A stretch of 64,000 nucleotides of DNA, taken from assembly GCA_032718475.1 (NCBI GenBank), contig JAUCBJ010008380.1, positions 1-64,000 of the forward strand, given 5' to 3'. Of the stretch, positions 35,779 to 50,094 are shown in pieces. This DNA is from Nemertoderma westbladi (lineage: Eukaryota > Animalia > Xenacoelomorpha). Under the pieces are notes generated by a model. The model saw nothing but the letters and a program-made list of their open reading frames with translations. It did no database searches and was not told the origin of the DNA. The position numbers and the translations under genes are program-made. The first letter of the stretch is position 1. Each line of letters begins with the position of its first letter.

Positions 35779-37263
35779 ATGTCTGTAAACGTTAGAGTTC
35801 GATTTGCTCCAAGCCCTACGGGGTTACTACATTTAGGTGGTCTGAGAAGTGCCGCATATAACTACATATTCGCAAAGAAACATGGCGGTTCGTTTATATT
35901 ACGAATAGAAGACACGGACAGACACAGAATAATTCCCAAGTCAGTTGGTAACATAGTCGACGGGTTGAAATGGGCCGGGCTGTTACCCGACGAAGGACCA
36001 CAGGATTGCGGGTTCACTGGGACGCTGGGCCCGTACTACCAATCCCAACGGCTACATTTATACCAGAAGTACTTAGATGTACTAACTGAGGAAGGTCACG
36101 CCTACCCCTGTTTTTGCTCACAAACTCGATTAGATATGATTAAAAAATCTGCGATCTCAGATAATATATCGTTACGACGATATGACAATCGCTGTCGGGA
36201 TTTATCCGCTATAGAACGAGAGAGTTTTATTAAGAAAGGTAAACCTCACAGCATCCGACTTAGGATAAACGAAGGGTCGGTTTCTTTTAGCGACTCGATT
36301 TTTGGGGATGTTTCTTTCACTCCGAGTTTAGACGGAGACCCAATAATTTCTAAGTCCGACGGCTTCCCCGTCTACCATCTCGCTAACGTCATCGACGACC
36401 ATCTAATGTCCATCAGTCACGTCATCCGAGGCAGTGAGTGGCTGACCTCCACTGCTAAACACATCCTATTGTACCGCGCGTTAGGTTGGCAACCTCCTAC
36501 CTTCTGTCACGTCCCTCTGTTACTAACAGCAACTGGTTCCAAATTCTCTAAACGTGATTCCAACTCCATCGGTATAGATTCACTCCAACTCCGAGGCTTC
36601 CTCCCGCAGGCTGTACTTAACCACATTCTCTTCTGCGGTTCTGGATTCCGAAACACATTGGACAGTCAATCCCTCAGAGAAATGATAGAAAGTTTCGATG
36701 TCTCTAAACTACTGCCGCACTCCAGTCAATTAGACCCAAATAAACTTGATTATTATAATAAAAAACATTTAAATTCTATAATTAACGAGGAATCTAAGTT
36801 TGAGGAATTGATGGTCCTGTTTAGGGACTCGCATCTTCCTAGCGATTCATGCGTAAACGCGTCGGAATTGCGTCGGATCCTCCGCACAGAGATCCCCCAC
36901 GCGGCCAACCTGTCGGACATTGTTGCCCCATGTAACGACTACATCTGGTCGGAGCGGTTGGACCTCGTCAACCCACCCGGGTCGGATGTGCGTGGGTTGT
37001 CGGACCAACTCGTTGGCTTCCGGGGCAACGCGGCGTTGGCGAACCTACGGGATTCTACAGACGAACCCGGAATAACATCTGAACTCCGGCGTTATTGTTC
37101 CGCTAACTCGCTGAAGTTCCCAGAGTTTATGGCGCTGCTTCGTTGGTCATTGTCCGGGAAACTATCCGGACCTTCGGTGTCCCGAATGTTCGTTAATTTG
37201 GGCCGGAGATCCACGAGACGTTTAGACGAGGCAATTAACTTCCTTTCTTCTTATAAACAGTAA
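35779..37263 (+). CDS. EARS2: Glutamyl-tRNA synthetase, mitochondrial/bacterial type
   Basis: VRVRFAPSPTGLLHLGG (HIGH motif), FILRIEDTD, GPYYQSQR, AYPCFC, YHLANVIDDHLM.ISHVIRGSEW, KFSKR (KMSKS), LR..LSG...GP anticodon-binding domain. Confidence 0.95.
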   Translation: MSVNVRVRFAPSPTGLLHLGGLRSAAYNYIFAKKHGGSFILRIEDTDRHRIIPKSVGNIVDGLKWAGLLPDEGPQDCGFTGTLGPYYQSQRLHLYQKYLDVLTEEGHAYPCFCSQTRLDMIKKSAISDNISLRRYDNRCRDLSAIERESFIKKGKPHSIRLRINEGSVSFSDSIFGDVSFTPSLDGDPIISKSDGFPVYHLANVIDDHLMSISHVIRGSEWLTSTAKHILLYRALGWQPPTFCHVPLLLTATGSKFSKRDSNSIGIDSLQLRGFLPQAVLNHILFCGSGFRNTLDSQSLREMIESFDVSKLLPHSSQLDPNKLDYYNKKHLNSIINEESKFEELMVLFRDSHLPSDSCVNASELRRILRTEIPHAANLSDIVAPCNDYIWSERLDLVNPPGSDVRGLSDQLVGFRGNAALANLRDSTDEPGITSELRRYCSANSLKFPEFMALLRWSLSGKLSGPSVSRMFVNLGRRSTRRLDEAINFLSSYKQ

Positions 37264-37758
37264 CGGTACACATACCGGTACGTACCGGTACTCTGGCAGT
37301 TGATATTCACCCGATACCCTAAAGCCTATATATATATACACGTTTTGGATAGTAAATGATTATTTTATTTAAGTTTCAGATAAGTAAGTCTACCGGTACA
37401 ATAACTAATATATTTTGGGTAACAAATCCCATTTAAACTCGTTCAATATGTTAATATCAATTAATTTAGACGGCTATATAATATCTAATCATTGGTTTCA
37501 ATTGCAATATATTGATTTATTGAACATTTACTATTTATTAATCTTTTGATGAACTAAGTGACAAGTCTCTTGTAACTTCGCGAAATACAACTGGGGAAAA
37601 CTTCCTATCGCAATCAGTGTAACTCATTCCTATCCCAGACTGCACTATGTTATAAACCGGTATACCGGTACTGTTTAAACTTACTTTCTCTCTTAAATAC
37701 TGTGTAATACTTTATTTATGTTAAATTTAGTTTATAAATCACTAACCGCATCAGCTAC

Positions 37759-39597
37759 ATGAGCTCCTCTTTATTTATAAGCGTTGCTATAATGCCATTT
37801 GGTAAGGAATATATAAACGATATGGAATGCAAATTGCGATGTAACATACCGGATTGGGTTACACAGACAATTGGGAACGAGGTGCCTGAGCTTTCCTTAC
37901 CTAACCCTGAAACTAACGAGAATTTAACTGAATCATTCGCCTACACATTCGAGTTAGAACACCATATTATAGACTGGACGGAGCGGTACCAGGAGAGAGT
38001 GGAGCGGAGGTCTCAAGAGAGACATAGCAACGCGTTGGTGGCTGTGAACAAAGCGATAGGGACATTGGTGCTGTCTGATGGCCAGCAGAGTAACACCGCC
38101 CCAATGCAACCACATGTAGCGGAAATACCGCAACTTACAACCGAAACAAAATCACTGCAGCTGCAGCCCCCTGTAGGTACCAATGTACAGGTGGCAACAA
38201 GTAAAAAAATATCTAAACCCGGTTCCAAAATAACTGATTCATTCACCCCAGTTGCCGCAGCCATAGGCCTTCCATCGAAACAAACAAACAATAACTACCT
38301 GATCTACCACCATCCCACCCCTATCCCCGCCCCCCGTCCACCACAAACAGCTAACAATAACATCTGCAACTCAGTATCATCTAATAGTAGTCCTCGGAAT
38401 CATATGCAGGTGCCCATGGCAACCACGATACTCCAGCCAACCAAGGCGCCGCCCAATAAACCCGAAACACCGAAGGCTAGTGGCGTAGACAAGCAGAAAG
38501 ATCCACTTAACATTTTGGACTTCCTAGACCAGACTGGAAGTCCTTTCGATAATCTCGAATTACAAACTCTTAATAATTTTCAAGAGTTGGGGAAAATACT
38601 TTCTCCTCCTTTAGGACAGTTTAATATCGCAGATCAGGTTGATAACGCCGCACCGGTGCTACCAGACCCCAGACCACCGGTGCTACCGGACCCCGGACGA
38701 TCAGCTGCACCGGTGCTACCAGACCCCAGACTACCGGACCCCGGACAATCAGCTGCACCGGTTCTACCAGATCCCAGACGACCGAACAGCTCCCCAATAA
38801 CTAATTCCCACGACCTCCTAGAATACTTGCCGCAACATTCCCCCACCAGCCACGAAACCCTCCAACCCCGACTGAATCCACCTGTCTCCATGACAACTAG
38901 GCCGTCGCACGAATGGGACATCGGCGCGCGGACTTCTCGCACGGGACAACCCAGAGTGGGACGGATGAAATCCTCAAAGAGTTTCGGGGATGTATCGAGT
39001 ATAGCGGACGAAGATTGGGAGAGCGAAACGATTCCGAGGCGGACAAACTCGAAGCCGCAACTCGGACGGAACCAAGTCTCCCCGCGGAACGCGGAACGGA
39101 TATCCGTGGTCAACAACACGGAACGGCGGGCCAGCGTCACTGCCGCGAGCGGCTCAGGATTCCGCACCAAATACAATTCGGAATTCCCTAAACCCAATAA
39201 GATTATCCTCACCAATCCATACAGCAGTCTCTCAAACTCCCGTAAAAAGATTGTCTGTAAGTTGGTGAGTCAGACTGGGTTCCCGACTGGTCGCGTGGCT
39301 CGCGTGGTGCAGCGCCACGAACGAGGCTCGCCCCTCCAACGGATCCAGGACGAACTCTTCCTCGTTGACCATCTGGTGTCGGACGCCGGATACCCGGAGG
39401 ACCTGGTGGAGGAGGCCCTACGGCACCAGGGCTCCTCGCCTGTCTGCGTCCGACGGTACATGGACCTGAGTCTGGAACTACTGAGGGACGGGTTTAAACG
39501 GGAACACATCCAGTCCTGCATACAGATCCACGGGTTGGATAGAGACAGGATTCTAGATTCCCTCTCCAATATGTCCCATATTAATATGTTTCGCTAA
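37759..39597 (+). CDS. UBAP1: Ubiquitin-associated protein 1 (ESCRT-I subunit)
   Basis: N-terminal UMA-like YTFELEHHII; conserved DF...SPFDNLELQTLN..EL..IL block; C-terminal triple UBA-like (SOUBA) region (GFP..RVARVV, GYPEDLVEEAL, GFKREHI). Confidence 0.85.
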   Translation: MSSSLFISVAIMPFGKEYINDMECKLRCNIPDWVTQTIGNEVPELSLPNPETNENLTESFAYTFELEHHIIDWTERYQERVERRSQERHSNALVAVNKAIGTLVLSDGQQSNTAPMQPHVAEIPQLTTETKSLQLQPPVGTNVQVATSKKISKPGSKITDSFTPVAAAIGLPSKQTNNNYLIYHHPTPIPAPRPPQTANNNICNSVSSNSSPRNHMQVPMATTILQPTKAPPNKPETPKASGVDKQKDPLNILDFLDQTGSPFDNLELQTLNNFQELGKILSPPLGQFNIADQVDNAAPVLPDPRPPVLPDPGRSAAPVLPDPRLPDPGQSAAPVLPDPRRPNSSPITNSHDLLEYLPQHSPTSHETLQPRLNPPVSMTTRPSHEWDIGARTSRTGQPRVGRMKSSKSFGDVSSIADEDWESETIPRRTNSKPQLGRNQVSPRNAERISVVNNTERRASVTAASGSGFRTKYNSEFPKPNKIILTNPYSSLSNSRKKIVCKLVSQTGFPTGRVARVVQRHERGSPLQRIQDELFLVDHLVSDAGYPEDLVEEALRHQGSSPVCVRRYMDLSLELLRDGFKREHIQSCIQIHGLDRDRILDSLSNMSHINMFR

Positions 39598-40168
39598 TAT
39601 TAAATCAATTACTAAATATAATATTGTTACTCATCATCGCTTGTGAATTACATTTGCAGTTTTTGAAACATTTACATTCGGAATTAATTTGTGAATTATA
39701 AATATTTCAGTAACACAACATCCTTCACAACACTGCGGATGTTTCATAGCAACGGACTTTAACTTAACCCCAAATATAATAACTTTATTTTTTCGCAATA
39801 CCCTTTTGTTTTACGATGTTTTACAGCTCTTGATAAATTAAGAATGTTGAAAAGGTGAAATGTTAATAATATATAAACAAAAGTTGTAAACGATTGTATA
39901 CAATGTGGCCAGTGTTCACGTCCTTTGCCCCTCAAACAGCAATGCGTTACACTGCGGAGATCGCACGTAAAAGTTCCCGCTGCAAGTAAAACTATTTTCA
40001 TTAATTATAACTTTCTAACAGCGCACGATATCTTCCGGGCGACGAATAATTGATATGGAATTCGGAGTTAATATGTTATAAACCCGTTGCTATGACCCTC
40101 CATGCGTTGCTAAGGACGCGTCGCCACTTATTCAATCTCTTCCCGAAAAGATGTGATTTTTGCCATAA

Positions 40169-40240
40169 GGGGGCATAAAGTATGTCACGTAAGCTCGACA
40201 CCCCCTCCCTAGTGCGTGAGATACTTTATGAACGCCCCCT
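40169..40240. mobile_element. Tiny Harbinger-type MITE remnant
   Basis: taa-gggggcataaagta ... tactttatgaacgccccc-ttaa. Confidence 0.55.
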
Positions 40241-40957
40241 TAACAAAAATCACCATCTTAATAAACCTGACGAGAAATAATAAATTATGCTAATATGTGG
40301 GTACTTTGTGGGTTTTGTGTGTAGTTATAATTAATTCACCGCTATTTATTTGAATTCCCTGTCGCCTCAACTAAACTTATTGAACTGGAAGCTTGGCGCA
40401 GCATAAATAATAATACGTAGTAGGGGCCAAACAATTTATAAAAACTAAAATACACAACTGTGATACAACTCTAAATTGCTTTCTACTTTTTTACAAAATT
40501 TATATATACCGGGACTTTTTATCCATAACTTTTATTTTGAACTATTATATTCACTATATTAGTACCTATTCCATTCTCAATATCTTTTTAGTTACAATAA
40601 CTAAAAACTGTCCCACACATATACACATGTATCACACTTAGCAACATACATAATAAAACTGTAAACTCTGCTAATTTGTTACTCGAGATATATAATATCA
40701 TTTTAATCCGGAAAATTTACAAAATCCTGAAAAAATCTAAAATCCCCTGATTCGGGGACACACTGATGGTTTTATCTTCACTGCGGACACGACCTTTATG
40801 TAAGTACATACATATATGGATTCGCTAGTTGTACTCTACGTATATACACCCTAATTTATCGAGTTATGTCAAATATTTTTACATATTTATATATTTATTC
40901 ATTGCAACAATTATTCCAAGTCTGTGTTTCAGTATAAATTCATTTTGGTGCTGCAAA

Positions 40958-43900
40958 TTTATACAGTGCGACTGTATCTATTTATTTATACAGTGCGACT
41001 GTATATATTTATTTATACAGTGCGACTGTATATATTTATTTATACAGTGCGACTGTATATATTTATTTATACAGTGCGACTGTATATATTTATTGATACA
41101 GTGCGACTGTATATATTTATTTATACAGTGCGACTGTATATATTTATTGATACAGTGCAACTGTATATATTTATTTATACAGTGCGACTGTATATATTTA
41201 TTTATACAGTGCGACTGTATATATTTATTTATACAGTGCGACTGTATATATTTATTTATACAGTGCGACTGTATATATTTATTTATACAGTGCGACTGTA
41301 TATATTTATTTATACAGTGCGACTGTATATATTTATTTATACAGTGCGACTGTATATATTTATTTATACAGTGCGACTGTATATATTTATTGATACAGTG
41401 CGACTGTATATATTTATTTATACAGTGCGACTGTATATATTTATTTATACAGTGCGACTGTATATATTTATTTATACAGTGCGACTGTATATATTTATTT
41501 ATACAGTGCGACTGTATATATTTATTTATACAGTGCGACTGTATATATTTATTTATACAGTGCGACTGTATATATTTATTGATACAGTGCGACTGTATAT
41601 ATTTATTTATACAGTGCGACTGTATATATTTATTGATACAGTGCGACTGTATATATTTATTTATACAGTGCGACTGTATATATTTATTTATACAGTGCGA
41701 CTGTATATATTTATTTATACAGTGCGACTGTATATATTTATTGATACAGTGCGACTGTATATATTTATTTATACAGTGCGACTGTATATATTTATTGATA
41801 CAGTGCGACTGTATATATTTATTTATACAGTGCGACTGTATATATTTATTTATACAGTGCGACTGTATATATTTATTTATACAGTGCGACTGTATATATT
41901 TATTTATACAGTGCGACTGTATATATTTATTTATACAGTGCGACTGTATATATTTATTTATACAGTGCGACTGTATATATTTATTGATACAGTGCGACTG
42001 TATATATTTATTTATACAGTGCGACTGTATATATTTATTGATACAGTGCGACTGTATATATTTATTTATACAGTGCGACTGTATATATTTATTTATACAG
42101 TGCGACTGTATATATTTATTTATACAGTGCGACTGTATATATTTATTTATACAGTGCGACTGTATATATTTATTTATACAGTGCGACTGTATATATTTAT
42201 TTATACAGTGCGACTGTATATATTTATTTATACAGTGCGACTGTATATATTTATTTATACAGTGCGACTGTATATATTTATTTATACAGTGCGACTGTAT
42301 ATATTTATTGATACAGTGCGACTGTATATATTTATTTATACAGTGCGACTGTATATATTTATTTATACAGTGCGACTGTATATATTTATTTATACAGTGC
42401 GACTGTATATATTTATTTATACAGTGCAACTGTATATATTTATTTATACAGTGCGACTGTATATATTTATTTATACAGTGCGACTGTATATATTTATTTA
42501 TACAGTGCGACTGTATATATTTATTTATACAGTGCGACTGTATATATTTATTTATACAGTGCAACTGTATATATTTATTTATACAGTGCGACTGTATATA
42601 TTTATTTATACAGTGCGACTGTATATATTTATTTATACAGTGCGACTGTATATATTTATTTATACAGTGCGACTGTATATATTTATTTATACAGTGCGAC
42701 TGTATATATTTATTTATACAGTGCGACTGTATATATTTATTGATACAGTGCGACTGTATATATTTATTTATACAGTGCGACTGTATATATTTATTTATAC
42801 AGTGCGACTGTATATATTTATTTATACAGTGCGACTGTATATATTTATTTATACAGTGCGACTGTATATATTTATTTATACAGTGCGACTGTATATATTT
42901 ATTTATACAGTGCAACTGTATATATTTATTTATACAGTGCGACTGTATATATTTATTTATACAGTGCGACTGTATATATTTATTTATACAGTGCGACTGT
43001 ATATATTTATTGATACAGTGCGACTGTATATATTTATTTATACAGTGCAACTGTATATATTTATTTATACAGTGCGACTGTATATATTTATTTATACAGT
43101 GCGACTGTATATATTTATTTATACAGTGCGACTGTATATATTTATTTATACAGTGCAACTGTATATATTTATTTATACAGTGCGACTGTATATATTTATT
43201 TATACAGTGCGACTGTATATATTTATTTATACAGTGCGACTGTATATATTTATTGATACAGTGCGACTGTATATATTTATTTATACAGTGCAACTGTATA
43301 TATTTATTTATACAGTGCGACTGTATATATTTATTTATACAGTGCGACTGTATATATTTATTTATACAGTGCGACTGTATATATTTATTTATACAGTGCG
43401 ACTGTATATATTTATTTATACAGTGCGACTGTATATATTTATTTATACAGTGCGACTGTATATATTTATTGATACAGTGCGACTGTATATATTTATTTAT
43501 ACAGTGCGACTGTATATATTTATTTATACAGTGCGACTGTATATATTTATTTATACAGTGCGACTGTATATATTTATTTATACAGTGCGACTGTATATAT
43601 TTATTGATACAGTGCGACTGTATATATTTATTTATACAGTGCAACTGTATATATTTATTTATACAGTGCGACTGTATATATTTATTTATACAGTGCGACT
43701 GTATATATTTATTTATACAGTGCGACTGTATATATTTATTTATACAGTGCGACTGTATATATTTATTTATACAGTGCGACTGTATATATTTATTTATACA
43801 GTGCGACTGTATATATTTATTTATACAGTGCGACTGTATATATTTATTTATACAGTGCGACTGTATATATTTATTGATACAGTGCGACTGTATATATTTA

Positions 43901-46900
43901 TTTATACAGTGCGACTGTATATATTTATTTATACAGTGCGACTGTATATATTTATTTATACAGTGCGACTGTATATATTTATTTATACAGTGCGACTGTA
44001 TATATTTATTTATACAGTGCGACTGTATATATTTATTGATACAGTGCGACTGTATATATTTATTTATACAGTGCGACTGTATATATTTATTTATACAGTG
44101 CGACTGTATATATTTATTGATACAGTGCGACTGTATATATTTATTGATACAGTGCAACTGTATATATTTATTGATACAGTGCGACTGTATATATTTATTG
44201 ATACAGTGCGACTGTATATATTTATTGATACAGTGCAACTGTATATATTTATTGATACAGTGCGACTGTATATATTTATTGATACAGTGCGACTGTATAT
44301 ATTTATTGATACAGTGCAACTGTATATATTTATTGATACAGTGCGACTGTATATATTTATTGATACAGTGCGACTGTATATATTTATTGATACAGTGCAA
44401 CTGTATATATTTATTGATACAGTGCGACTGTATATATTTATTGATACAGTGCGACTGTATATATTTATTGATACAGTGCGACTGTATATATTTATTGATA
44501 CAGTGCGACTGTATATATTTATTGATACAGTGCAACTGTATATATTTATTGATACAGTGCGACTGTATATATTTATTGATACAGTGCGACTGTATATATT
44601 TATTGATACAGTGCAACTGTATATATTTATTGATACAGTGCAACTGTATATATTTATTGATACAGTGCGACTGTATATATTTATTGATACAGTGCGACTG
44701 TATATATTTATTGATACAGTGCGACTGTATATATTTATTGATACAGTGCAACTGTATATATTTATTGATACAGTGCGACTGTATATATTTATTGATACAG
44801 TGCAACTGTATATATTTATTGATACAGTGCGACTGTATATATTTATTGATACAGTGCGACTGTATATATTTATTGATACAGTGCAACTGTATATATTTAT
44901 TGATACAGTGCGACTGTATATATTTATTGATACAGTGCGACTGTATATATTTATTGATACAGTGCGACTGTATATATTTATTGATACAGTGCGACTGTAT
45001 ATATTTATTGATACAGTGCAACTGTATATATTTATTGATACAGTGCAACTGTATATATTTATTGATACAGTGCGACTGTATATATTTATTGATACAGTGC
45101 AACTGTATATATTTATTGATACAGTGCGACTGTATATATTTATTGATACAGTGCAACTGTATATATTTATTGATACAGTGCGACTGTATATATTTATTGA
45201 TACAGTGCAACTGTATATATTTATTGATACAGTGCGACTGTATATATTTATTGATACAGTGCAACTGTATATATTTATTGATACAGTGCGACTGTATATA
45301 TTTATTGATACAGTGCGACTGTATATATTTATTTATACAGTGCAACTGTATATATTTATTTATACAGTGCGACTGTATATATTTATTGATACAGTGCGAC
45401 TGTATATATTTATTTATACAGTGCGACTGTATATATTTATTTATACAGTGCGACTGTATATATTTATTTATACAGTGCGACTGTATATATTTATTTATAC
45501 AGTGCGACTGTATATATTTATTTATACAGTGCGACTGTATATATTTATTTATACAGTGCGACTGTATATATTTATTTATACAGTGCGACTGTATATATTT
45601 ATTTATACAGTGCGACTGTATATATTTATTTATACAGTGCGACTGTATATATTTATTGATACAGTGCGACTGTATATATTTATTTATACAGTGCGACTGT
45701 ATATATTTATTTATACAGTGCGACTGTATATATTTATTTATACAGTGCGACTGTATATATTTATTTATACAGTGCGACTGTATATATTTATTGATACAGT
45801 GCGACTGTATATATTTATTTATACAGTGCGACTGTATATATTTATTGATACAGTGCGACTGTATATATTTATTTATACAGTGCGACTGTATATATTTATT
45901 TATACAGTGCGACTGTATATATTTATTTATACAGTGCGACTGTATATATTTATTTATACAGTGCGACTGTATATATTTATTGATACAGTGCGACTGTATA
46001 TATTTATTTATACAGTGCAACTGTATATATTTATTTATACAGTGCGACTGTATATATTTATTGATACAGTGCGACTGTATATATTTATTGATACAGTGCA
46101 ACTGTATATATTTATTGATACAGTGCGACTGTATATATTTATTTATACAGTGCAACTGTATATATTTATTGATACAGTGCGACTGTATATATTTATTTAT
46201 ACAGTGCGACTGTATATATTTATTTATACAGTGCGACTGTATATATTTATTTATACAGTGCGACTGTATATATTTATTGATACAGTGCAACTGTATATAT
46301 TTATTTATACAGTGCGACTGTATATATTTATTTATACAGTGCGACTGTATATATTTATTTATACAGTGCGACTGTATATATTTATTGATACAGTGCGACT
46401 GTATATATTTATTTATACAGTGCAACTGTATATATTTATTTATACAGTGCCACTGTATATATTTATTTATACAGTGCAACTGTATATATTTATTGATACA
46501 GTGCAACTGTATATATTTATTTATACAGTGCGACTGTATATATTTATTTATACAGTGCGACTGTATATATTTATTTATACAGTGCGACTGTATATATTTA
46601 TTTATACAGTGCGACTGTATATATTTATTTATACAGTGCGACTGTATATATTTATTTATACAGTGCGACTGTATATATTTATTTATACAGTGCGACTGTA
46701 TATATTTATTTATACAGTGCGACTGTATATATTTATTGATACAGTGCGACTGTATATATTTATTTATACAGTGCAACTGTATATATTTATTTATACAGTG
46801 CGACTGTATATATTTATTTATACAGTGCGACTGTATATATTTATTTATACAGTGCGACTGTATATATTTATTGATACAGTGCGACTGTATATATTTATTT

Positions 46901-49750
46901 ATACAGTGCAACTGTATATATTTATTTATACAGTGCGACTGTATATATTTATTGATACAGTGCGACTGTATATATTTATTTATACAGTGCGACTGTATAT
47001 ATTTATTTATACAGTGCGACTGTATATATTTATTTATACAGTGCGACTGTATATATTTATTTATACAGTGCGACTGTATATATTTATTTATACAGTGCAA
47101 CTGTATATATTTATTTATACAGTGCGACTGTATATATTTATTGATACAGTGCGACTGTATATATTTATTTATACAGTGCAACTGTATATATTTATTTATA
47201 CAGTGCGACTGTATATATTTATTTATACAGTGCGACTGTATATATTTATTTATACAGTGCGACTGTATATATTTATTGATACAGTGCGACTGTATATATT
47301 TATTTATACAGTGCGACTGTATATATTTATTTATACAGTGCGACTGTATATATTTATTTATACAGTGCGACTGTATATATTTATTGATACAGTGCGACTG
47401 TATATATTTATTTATACAGTGCAACTGTATATATTTATTTATACAGTGCGACTGTATATATTTATTTATACAGTGCGACTGTATATATTTATTTATACAG
47501 TGCGACTGTATATATTTATTGATACAGTGCAACTGTATATATTTATTGATACAGTGCGACTGTATATATTTATTTATACAGTGCGACTGTATATATTTAT
47601 TGATACAGTGCGACTGTATATATTTATTTATACAGTGCGACTGTATATATTTATTTATACAGTGCGACTGTATATATTTATTTATACAGTGCGACTGTAT
47701 ATATTTATTGATACAGTGCAACTGTATATATTTATTGATACAGTGCGACTGTATATATTTATTTATACAGTGCGACTGTATATATTTATTGATACAGTGC
47801 AACTGTATATATTTATTTATACAGTGCGACTGTATATATTTATTTATACAGTGCGACTGTATATATTTATTTATACAGTGCGACTGTATATATTTATTGA
47901 TACAGTGCGACTGTATATATTTATTGATACAGTGCGACTGTATATATTTATTTATACAGTGCAACTGTATATATTTATTTATACAGTGCGACTGTATATA
48001 TTTATTTATACAGTGCGACTGTATATATTTATTTATACAGTGCGACTGTATATATTTATTGATACAGTGCAACTGTATATATTTATTGATACAGTGCGAC
48101 TGTATATATTTATTTATACAGTGCGACTGTATATATTTATTGATACAGTGCAACTGTATATATTTATTGATACAGTGCGACTGTATATATTTATTTATAC
48201 AGTGCGACTGTATATATTTATTGATACAGTGCGACTGTATATATTTATTGATACAGTGCAACTGTATATATTTATTGATACAGTGCGACTGTATATATTT
48301 ATTTATACAGTGCGACTGTATATATTTATTTATACAGTGCGACTGTATATATTTATTGATACAGTGCAACTGTATATATTTATTGATACAGTGCGACTGT
48401 ATATATTTATTTATACAGTGCGACTGTATATATTTATTGATACAGTGCAACTGTATATATTTATTTATACAGTGCGACTGTATATATTTATTTATACAGT
48501 GCGACTGTATATATTTATTTATACAGTGCGACTGTATATATTTATTGATACAGTGCAACTGTATATATTTATTGATACAGTGCGACTGTATATATTTATT
48601 TATACAGTGCAACTGTATATATTTATTTATACAGTGCGACTGTATATATTTATTTATACAGTGCGACTGTATATATTTATTTATACAGTGCGACTGTATA
48701 TATTTATTTATACAGTGCGACTGTATATATTTATTTATACAGTGCGACTGTATATATTTATTGATACAGTGCAACTGTATATATTTATTTATACAGTGCG
48801 ACTGTATATATTTATTTATACAGTGCGACTGTATATATTTATTTATACAGTGCGACTGTATATATTTATTGATACAGTGCGACTGTATATATTTATTGAT
48901 ACAGTGCGACTGTATATATTTATTTATACAGTGCAACTGTATATATTTATTTATACAGTGCGACTGTATATATTTATTTATACAGTGCGACTGTATATAT
49001 TTATTTATACAGTGCGACTGTATATATTTATTTATACAGTGCGACTGTATATATTTATTTATACAGTGCGACTGTATATATTTATTGATACAGTGCAACT
49101 GTATATATTTATTGATACAGTGCGACTGTATATATTTATTTATACAGTGCAACTGTATATATTTATTTATACAGTGCGACTGTATATATTTATTTATACA
49201 GTGCGACTGTATATATTTATTGATACAGTGCGACTGTATATATTTATTGATACAGTGCGACTGTATATATTTATTGATACAGTGCGACTGTATATATTTA
49301 TTTATACAGTGCGACTGTATATATTTATTTATACAGTGCGACTGTATATATTTATTGATACAGTGCAACTGTATATATTTATTGATACAGTGCGACTGTA
49401 TATATTTATTTATACAGTGCGACTGTATATATTTATTGATACAGTGCAACTGTATATATTTATTGATACAGTGCGACTGTATATATTTATTTATACAGTG
49501 CGACTGTATATATTTATTGATACAGTGCGACTGTATATATTTATTGATACAGTGCGACTGTATATATTTATTGATACAGTGCGACTGTATATATTTATTT
49601 ATACAGTGCGACTGTATATATTTATTGATACAGTGCGACTGTATATATTTATTGATACAGTGCGACTGTATATATTTATTGATACAGTGCAACTGTATAT
49701 ATTTATTGATACAGTGCGACTGTATATATTTATTGATACAGTGCAACTGT
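40958..49750. repeat. 27-bp satellite, about 325 copies, unit ATACAGTGCRACTGTATATATTTATTK
   Basis: Uninterrupted array; the 9-aa periodicity in the ORF track confirms the 27-bp unit. Confidence 0.99.
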
Positions 49751-50094
49751 TTTTACATATGGTTGGATCTCCGATCCTATTAAGCCCTTCTTTTTAATTA
49801 CATTTTTGGCAATTATTGTTGTTTTCCATAGAATTAATTGTTTTCCTTTCGATCTATTTAGTTTTTTTATATAAGTAATATTATATTGTAATATTGTTTC
49901 TGATATTATATTTACTAAATATTACTCGTAATTTAATATTATTCTAATCTGTAAACTTGAACTTGTGCTTGAAATATTATTTATGGTGCATTCAATATTC
50001 ATGGTTTTTATATCCTTGGTTATATCGGTAAGTCATATTGGTTGTATATGCTCGGTGTTCATTATATCAAGTACAATGAACTGAAAACATCTTC

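Noticed and set aside
35779-37263. Bacterial gltX by horizontal transfer or contamination
   Set aside because: A bacterial-like sequence is expected for mitochondrial EARS2, and the neighbours are eukaryotic (UBAP1, LINEs). A phylogeny would be needed to claim otherwise.
40829-49797. Three giant ORFs as real CDS
   Set aside because: Explained by a stop-free 27-bp tandem unit; they overlap on both strands and have no unique domain.
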